Virus record (IMG/VR): IMGVR_UViG_3300012347_000093
Coordinates: 1 to 35,606 of that record
Reading direction: 5' to 3' (one strand)
Length of the DNA stretch: 35,606 nt
From: a virus
Shown here: positions 30,761 to 35,606 of the stretch, one piece after another
Layout of the letters: every line of letters begins with the position of its first letter
How positions within the stretch are numbered: position 1 is the stretch's first letter
Notes under the pieces: generated by a model
What the model saw: the letters and a program-made list of their open reading frames with translations, nothing else
Database searches by the model: none
Told to the model about the DNA's origin: nothing
Translations under genes and position numbers: made by a program

Positions 30761-32287
30761 TTACCTTTTAATTCTTCTAACTGGTCTAACTCTAAATCCT
30801 AGAGTTCCTGAGCCTGCTGGTGGTGGATTAAATAGAACTCCTCCTGAACCGCTTGTGAAATCATAAGCCCAGACATAGTATATCCACCCTCTTATTGCCA
30901 TGCTATAGGTTGGCTTATTAGTGCTAGACCAATAACCATTGCCCTTTAGCTTTTGGTCAGTATTCTTAGTAAATGCCTTAGAAGCATTAACCATAGTAGT
31001 TAATTCATCTTTAGCAGGGAAATACCAATCCTTATAACCATTAATTGTAAGGGAGCTAATATTCTTAGCAATACCAAACTTATTCTTCTCGATCAATAAG
31101 ATATTGTTAGATGAGCCATCATAATCACTCAAACCAAAGAAGTTGAATACTTCTTCCCATCTGTTCGCAGCAATCTCATTAGCAATAGGTGACATAACTA
31201 AGTCATAGACTCCACCGCTTGCATCTTTAGTAGTGCCGACATAGTAACCACCCTTATACAAATCACCGATAACAGGGTCTGTAATCTCAGGATTCCAATT
31301 AGGGTCAGTAGTAGGTACACCAGTCCAATTATCTGTAGGAGTTCCTGTGCCAGTCCAGCTATCAGTAGGAGGAGTAGTACCTTGCCAATCCCCTGTAGGT
31401 GGAGCAACTGGAGGAGACCAATTCTCACCAGCTTTAGTACCTTTGCAGATGATATTAACTAAAGAGCTAATAGCCCCTTTGCCATTAAACTCAGCATTAG
31501 GGTAAGCACTAACACTAGCAATACCATTAATTGTTCCTGTGCCACCATAAATAACACCACCTAATGATGATACTGAGGCAGTCCCTGTTACTGAGCCTGT
31601 AGAAGTTCTATATCTGATACCGCTTGCATCTACTGTTGCAGAAGAACTAATAGCTCCTGCGCCTAATCTATATCTAATACCACTCGCTAAAACGCTTGCA
31701 GAGCCATTTATAGCACCAGCACCAGAGTAGGTAGCATAACCAGCAGAAGATACTGTTGCAGAGCAATTAATCGAGCCTGTAGAGAATCTAAATCGAATAG
31801 CTGATGCTTCTACTGTAGCCTGAGCTGTAATTGAGCCTGAGCCTGTAAATATGACGATAGCACTAGCTGAAGCAGTAGCAGTAGCATCAATAGCCCCTGT
31901 AGAAGTTCTGTATCGAACTCCAGAGCCAATTACTTCAGCAGAGCCTGTAATATCAGCATTACCGCTTAAAAGAGAGTTAGCAGATGCTTGTACCGATGCA
32001 GTAGCATCAATAGTTTGCAATGGGGCATATATTACACAGACATCTTCTCTAGTCCAAATCTCATCATCTAAAGAGTATTGGAGACTATCTATAGTGCCAA
32101 AATAGTTTAAATCTTCTAGAGTAAATGCACCGCATTTTTGACCTTGAGCAACAAAGCCACCATCATCAACAAAAAAGCAGAAGTCAGACTCCCAGATAGG
32201 GTCATCTAATGAAAACCCTAACTTATCTAGAGTTGCTACCGCATCAAGGGATTCTAGTGTAGTAAATGAACCGCATACTACTGGCAT
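30761..32287 (-). CDS. multi-repeat protein with a C-terminal DUF1566 (Lcl-C-like, lectin-type) domain; receptor-binding candidate
   Basis: C-terminal GYKDWYFPAKDELTTM...GYWSSTN...GFRVRPVRRI is the DUF1566 pattern. Upstream lie about nine ~20-aa repeats and TPPTDxWTG repeats. Confidence 0.6.
   Translation of the reverse strand: MPVVCGSFTTLESLDAVATLDKLGFSLDDPIWESDFCFFVDDGGFVAQGQKCGAFTLEDLNYFGTIDSLQYSLDDEIWTREDVCVIYAPLQTIDATASVQASANSLLSGNADITGSAEVIGSGVRYRTSTGAIDATATASASAIVIFTGSGSITAQATVEASAIRFRFSTGSINCSATVSSAGYATYSGAGAINGSASVLASGIRYRLGAGAISSSATVDASGIRYRTSTGSVTGTASVSSLGGVIYGGTGTINGIASVSAYPNAEFNGKGAISSLVNIICKGTKAGENWSPPVAPPTGDWQGTTPPTDSWTGTGTPTDNWTGVPTTDPNWNPEITDPVIGDLYKGGYYVGTTKDASGGVYDLVMSPIANEIAANRWEEVFNFFGLSDYDGSSNNILLIEKNKFGIAKNISSLTINGYKDWYFPAKDELTTMVNASKAFTKNTDQKLKGNGYWSSTNKPTYSMAIRGWIYYVWAYDFTSGSGGVLFNPPPAGSGTLGFRVRPVRRIKR
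31448..32017 (-). repeat. about nine degenerate ~20-aa coding repeats ((S/G)xG(A/S)I...A(T/S)V.ASGIRYR)
   Basis: Examples: TSTGAIDATATASASAIVIF, TGSGSITAQATVEASAIRFRF and GAGAISSSATVDASGIRYRT. Confidence 0.75.
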
Positions 32288-32293
32288 GATTCA

Positions 32294-32680
32294 TTAAGCC
32301 AAAGTAACGGATAAATTACCAGAAGAAATCTTGAAAATATCGCCAGTTTGAATAGTCTTAGAGCTATCCAATGGAGTATGGTACAAAAGATTACCAGAGG
32401 TAGCAGAATCCCAGATACCGATATGAGTAACTGTTCCCCAGTCACCAGTAGCTTGAGCAAACTCTACAGCAGCAGAGGTTACAGATGCACCATTGCTAGG
32501 TGCGGCAAAAGTTGCCTCCTCTCGAGCATACGAGCCACCAGATACTTCTGCACCAGTACCAGCATCAGTAGGGTCAGCAGTATGCAATGAGACATATACA
32601 GCAGATGGGCTTGTATAACTGGTATTTCTTAGAGTTGCATTAATAAGTGCATTTTCTAAAAAGTTTGACATTTCAGCCAT
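32294..32680 (-). CDS. small virion/tail-associated protein (conserved phage family, function unknown)
   Basis: FLENALINATLRNTSYTSPSAVYVSLHTADPTDAGTGAEVSGGSYAREEATFAAPSNG...WGTVTHIGIWDSATSGNLLY. The pattern is recalled from many podovirus and prophage tail modules. Confidence 0.45.
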   Translation of the reverse strand: MAEMSNFLENALINATLRNTSYTSPSAVYVSLHTADPTDAGTGAEVSGGSYAREEATFAAPSNGASVTSAAVEFAQATGDWGTVTHIGIWDSATSGNLLYHTPLDSSKTIQTGDIFKISSGNLSVTLA

Positions 32681-32689
32681 GATATTTCC

Positions 32690-33310
32690 TTATCTTGAAG
32701 TTACTTTCATTTGTAATGGGACACCGCTATATTCTGAACCTTCATCTGAGGTAGAGATAGAGTTAATCGCTCTATCATAAAGACTAACCCATAACTGAAT
32801 CCTTGCATCATTAATGAGATAAGGTTCTGCTTCTAGTAATGCACCATATAACAGGGCATCAGGGTAATTAGCTAAGAATATATTGTTTGCATTGCTATCT
32901 GATAAAACAGGAGGCTTTGCATAGTAAAGAATCTCTAGTGTTCGGCTTCCATCAGGAATTGGAGCAAATACAAGCTCTGCTGCAAATACTGTGTAGTAAA
33001 CAGGTAAGCCAGACTCATCTGCCCTAGCATCTCTTGTGAAGGCACTAGGAGCAAGATAAGTAACAGGCATCCTTGGGTTGCCTTGGATATATAAATCTCT
33101 AACTTGGAGAAAATCTGATGGTAATGCTACCTTGGCTTCTCCGCTTGTCATTGCTGAAGCAGCCGACTTAAGCATCTGTCTTGTTCGCAACTCTCTAGCA
33201 AGACGAGTTTCAGCTAAAGTAATAAAGTCAGGAATCTGAGTAGTTAAATCTGTCCGACCTAAGTAATTAGCTACTGTAGTCTTTAGTGCCGAGTAGTTTG
33301 TGAAAGCCAT
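32690..33310 (-). CDS. head-tail adaptor / head completion protein (putative)
   Basis: MAFTNYSALKTTVANYLGRTDLTTQIPDFITLAETRLARELRTRQM. The N-terminal pattern is recalled from adaptor-position genes of BPP-1/epsilon15-like phages. Confidence 0.35.
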   Translation of the reverse strand: MAFTNYSALKTTVANYLGRTDLTTQIPDFITLAETRLARELRTRQMLKSAASAMTSGEAKVALPSDFLQVRDLYIQGNPRMPVTYLAPSAFTRDARADESGLPVYYTVFAAELVFAPIPDGSRTLEILYYAKPPVLSDSNANNIFLANYPDALLYGALLEAEPYLINDARIQLWVSLYDRAINSISTSDEGSEYSGVPLQMKVTSR

Positions 33311-33312
33311 AG

Positions 33313-33942
33313 TTAATCCATTTCGATGTTATGCCAGCCATATTGATATGAGCCAATATGCTTAATTTCTAGTGATAAATCATGGTCTACATAAGTCTTA
33401 AAGCCAATATCAGCAGCCTTAATACAGAAGTAGATGTCCTCACCTAAAATCTTACCTTGAGGTAATTGCTCAAAGTAGAACCAAGGCTTCTCTAAATCTT
33501 TAAATACACAAGCATCAATCAGCATGACTCCACAGCCTATGCCATCAACAATCTCAATGCCTGTCTTGCCTTTAGAGAATACTGGATGCCATACAACATG
33601 GCTATCGAATACCTCTAGTGTCTTAGCTGTAGGCTTGACTGGTTCACTTCGAGTTGTAGCGTTTACACCTACAATCGCCTTATTATGATTTAACAGCTTA
33701 AGCAAGCTATCTTTAGGAAACCTCATGTCTGCATCAATAAACAAGACATGGGTGCATCCATCATCTAAAGCGGACTGAACCATATTGTTTCTTTGGTCAA
33801 ATATCAATGTACCCATAGAAGTGTAGAGATTAATCTGCACCTTAGAGTTCTTATTTGTATAGTTCACCAAAGCAGCCAAATCAAAGGCTGTTCCTACTTC
33901 CATTGTTCCCCTTGCAGGGATACATATTCCAACTTTACTCAT
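33313..33942 (-). CDS. GT-A fold glycosyltransferase (family-2-like)
   Basis: VGICIPARG at the N-terminus. DxD in HVLFIDADMRFP. GCGVMLIDACVF...PWFYFE...GEDIYFCIKA...H. Confidence 0.7.
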   Translation of the reverse strand: MSKVGICIPARGTMEVGTAFDLAALVNYTNKNSKVQINLYTSMGTLIFDQRNNMVQSALDDGCTHVLFIDADMRFPKDSLLKLLNHNKAIVGVNATTRSEPVKPTAKTLEVFDSHVVWHPVFSKGKTGIEIVDGIGCGVMLIDACVFKDLEKPWFYFEQLPQGKILGEDIYFCIKAADIGFKTYVDHDLSLEIKHIGSYQYGWHNIEMD

Positions 33943-34274
33943 ACAACACCGCCACGAGTTCTAAACACTACATTGTCTGGGTCATTAAGCCAACGCTTAA
34001 ATGCAGGTGTATCAATTACATGATAACCACGCATAATCCCTTTTTTGTTTAACTCATCCACAATCACAGTAGGAATAGATGCAATCTTGTTCTTAGGGTC
34101 GTATAACTCCCCAGACCATCCTGTTCTACCGCTATTTTGATTGTATTGTTGTTTGTTGTGTTCGATAAAGTCTGTCAAATCTACCTTAGATTCAACGATT
34201 AAACCGCCATCACCGTCAGATAAAACGGTTCTTACAACTCCATTGCTTGTTTCGAGATTGCCAAGTTTGGACAA
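33939..34274 (-). CDS. hypothetical head-module protein (TTG start)
   Basis: 111 aa. TTG start with AGGAGAGGAAA immediately upstream. Ends FKRWLNDPDNVVFRTRGGVV. Confidence 0.6.
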   Translation of the reverse strand: MSKLGNLETSNGVVRTVLSDGDGGLIVESKVDLTDFIEHNKQQYNQNSGRTGWSGELYDPKNKIASIPTVIVDELNKKGIMRGYHVIDTPAFKRWLNDPDNVVFRTRGGVV

Positions 34275-34286
34275 TTTCCTCTCCTA

Positions 34287-34316
34287 TAGAAAATGAGGGT
34301 GAGTTTCCCCACCCCC
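34287..34316 (-). terminator. hairpin plus U-tract just after the major capsid gene (attenuator/terminator)
   Basis: Minus-strand RNA reads GGGGGUG-GGGAAACU-CACCCUC-AUUUUCU. The stem is 7 bp including one G-U pair. Confidence 0.5.
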
Positions 34317-34331
34317 AATTCTACACAGTTA

Positions 34332-35294
34332 TTAAGCTGCGTTCAAGTCAAATACACCACCGTGTGCTGCTTCGTTCTTAACTTCAAGAGTCAATTCAGC
34401 AAGGATTTGTGTCTTGTCGCTGTCACCAGCCTTAGCCAATTCGATAGTCTGGAATGGGCGTAGGTACGCTAAAGCTGCGTATTCTGGGTCTAACAACAAT
34501 GCATCACGAGTACGCATGAAACGGTTAGGAACAATGCTGATTTGACCGAAGTCTGACTGATAGATGTCAGCACCAGCCAAAATTGTAGCTTGACCACCGC
34601 TTACAGGTGCTTGGTAGCGTTGTGCTGCCAAACCTGTGAAGCCAGATACTGTCTGCTTCAATGCTGGAGATACGAACAATACTGAAGGTGTGCCACCTGA
34701 TGTGAATACTTCACGAACTACTTCTTTCAACATTGCTTCTGTGAAAGTACGAGTTGTGTCAGCATCTACACGGGCAGATACACCGATAGTTGTAGGGTCA
34801 GCACCAGCAGTAGTTGTACCAGCACCAAATGATGTGTTTGTCTTGATGAAAGACAATAGTGAAGACATCTTACGGGCTGTGTTTGTACCGTTACCAGCAA
34901 CTAATGCTTGGTTAGCTGTAAGGATAGTTTCGATGTCACGCTTGATTTCTGCAGAACCTTTAGCTAATTGATAAGCCTTCTCAGACTTACGACCAGCCTT
35001 GTCTACTGACTCCAATGTGCCAGAAACTTGAACAGTCTTACCAACGATTTGTGTTAAGTTGCCATAACGAGTTGTCGGTGACAAAGTTGCAGAAGTTGCA
35101 TCAGCACCTTCAACTAAAGCGTTAGCTGTAGTAGCTGCAGCCAAGCTGTCAGTCTGCCACTCGTGGTTTACAGCAGTAGCCTTAGTCTTACCAATAGAAG
35201 ACATAATTGGTGTGTCTGTTGGGCTGATGTTGTAGATTACATCTGATAGGTCTTCACGCTGACCGATTGCATCATATTTTGTGTAAGTTGCCAT
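34332..35294 (-). CDS. major capsid protein (HK97 fold; SU10/BPP-1/epsilon15-type family, recalled as DUF5309)
   Basis: REDLSDVIYNISPTDTPIMSSIGKTKATAVNHEWQTDSL is the family signature. 320 aa. It follows the scaffold gene and has the highest local G+C and a strong AAGGA SD. Confidence 0.85.
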   Translation of the reverse strand: MATYTKYDAIGQREDLSDVIYNISPTDTPIMSSIGKTKATAVNHEWQTDSLAAATTANALVEGADATSATLSPTTRYGNLTQIVGKTVQVSGTLESVDKAGRKSEKAYQLAKGSAEIKRDIETILTANQALVAGNGTNTARKMSSLLSFIKTNTSFGAGTTTAGADPTTIGVSARVDADTTRTFTEAMLKEVVREVFTSGGTPSVLFVSPALKQTVSGFTGLAAQRYQAPVSGGQATILAGADIYQSDFGQISIVPNRFMRTRDALLLDPEYAALAYLRPFQTIELAKAGDSDKTQILAELTLEVKNEAAHGGVFDLNAA

Positions 35295-35306
35295 TTCTCT
35301 TTTCCT

Positions 35307-35606
35307 TTAAATAAATTTTTCAAATAGTTTTGCAGCATCTTGCTTCTTGCCTGTTTGCTTCAGCTTCTGAAACTGCTTTTTCATTGCATCTTGTTCTGAT
35401 GTCCCTTGTTGCTGGGCTACACCAGATTTGAGAGTCTTGGGTGCTTCATTAACCTTTTTAGTGGCTACTGACTTTCCCTTCATCAACTTCTCGTATTGCA
35501 TGGCTTTAAATAGCGTTTGAACTGCCCTTGCATCATATACATTGGCTAATTCTTGGTCTGAGAAACCGATAGACTTCGCATAGGCTTTAATCTCTTTGCG
35601 GGCTAA
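35307..35606 (-). CDS. capsid scaffolding protein, C-terminal part (same gene as 1..745)
   Basis: The frame stays open upstream of the track's internal Met at 35501 and is in phase with 1..745 across the 55-nt overlap. Ends ...KQDAAKLFEKFI, with a TAA stop at 35307-35309. Confidence 0.65.
   Translation of the reverse strand, partial: LARKEIKAYAKSIGFSDQELANVYDARAVQTLFKAMQYEKLMKGKSVATKKVNEAPKTLKSGVAQQQGTSEQDAMKKQFQKLKQTGKKQDAAKLFEKFI
35552..35606. repeat. 55-nt terminal overlap, identical to 1..55
   Basis: See feature 1..55. Confidence 0.95.

Noticed and set aside
30761-32287. Diversity-generating retroelement targeting the DUF1566/lectin-like C-terminus
   Set aside because: No reverse transcriptase ORF exists anywhere in the genome, and I saw no second near-identical template copy of the C-terminal coding region.
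1-35606. Temperate lifestyle, with a prophage attP in the 13948-14127 spacer
   Set aside because: I found no integrase, recombinase, excisionase or CI/Cro-type repressor pair in any frame. The tRNA is a complete gene rather than a 3' fragment typical of att sites.

Overview
This 35,606-nt window appears to be one complete podovirus-like phage genome assembled as a circle. Nt 1-55 are identical to nt 35552-35606, and collapsing that overlap closes an otherwise truncated scaffolding-protein frame in phase, giving a unique length of about 35,551 bp.

Layout:
(1) A divergent early control region lies at 9531-9702.
(2) An early-left operon on the minus strand (9530 down to 5641) encodes a VRR-NUC nuclease, a DUF1376-type replication protein, a DnaB-like helicase, two more nucleases, a Q-like regulator and a Zn-ribbon ORF. 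It is followed by tRNA-Thr(UGU) and an intrinsic terminator.
(3) An early-right operon on the plus strand (9703-13947) encodes a Rad52-like annealase, a YqaJ exonuclease, a mini-SSB, a winged-helix regulator and a chain of tiny translationally coupled ORFs, several of them single-TM peptides.
(4) One late operon of about 27 kb on the minus strand starts at 5442, runs off the window start, wraps, and ends at 14128. In order it encodes terS, terL, portal, scaffold, major capsid, a glycosyltransferase, an adaptor, tail and receptor-binding proteins, internal virion proteins, an S74-chaperone tail fibre, two Sec-exported proteins, TM/holin-like proteins, a GIY-YIG homing endonuclease, a GH24 endolysin, a SprT-like peptidase, an HTH-metallophosphoesterase and an HNH endonuclease.

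I found no integrase, CI-like repressor, DNA polymerase, primase, reverse transcriptase, CRISPR array or rRNA.

Most unusual leads:
- A signal-peptide protein with a NIDO-like domain and 5.4 tandem 22-residue Cys/Tyr/Gln repeats, with an exported partner, sits between the tail fibre and a lysis cassette that lacks any recognisable o-spanin.
- A Q-like gene, tRNA, spacer and terminator arrangement sits in front of the late operon.
- A strongly AT-rich two-gene insertion (a ferritin-like 'metal-dependent hydrolase' plus an unknown ORF) lies inside the internal-virion-protein block.
- A GT-A glycosyltransferase lies two genes after the major capsid gene.
- The first late gene carries a HiPIP-like Cys motif.
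- A multi-repeat DUF1566 receptor-binding candidate is present.

All family names are recalled from motif recognition by eye. No database search was run.
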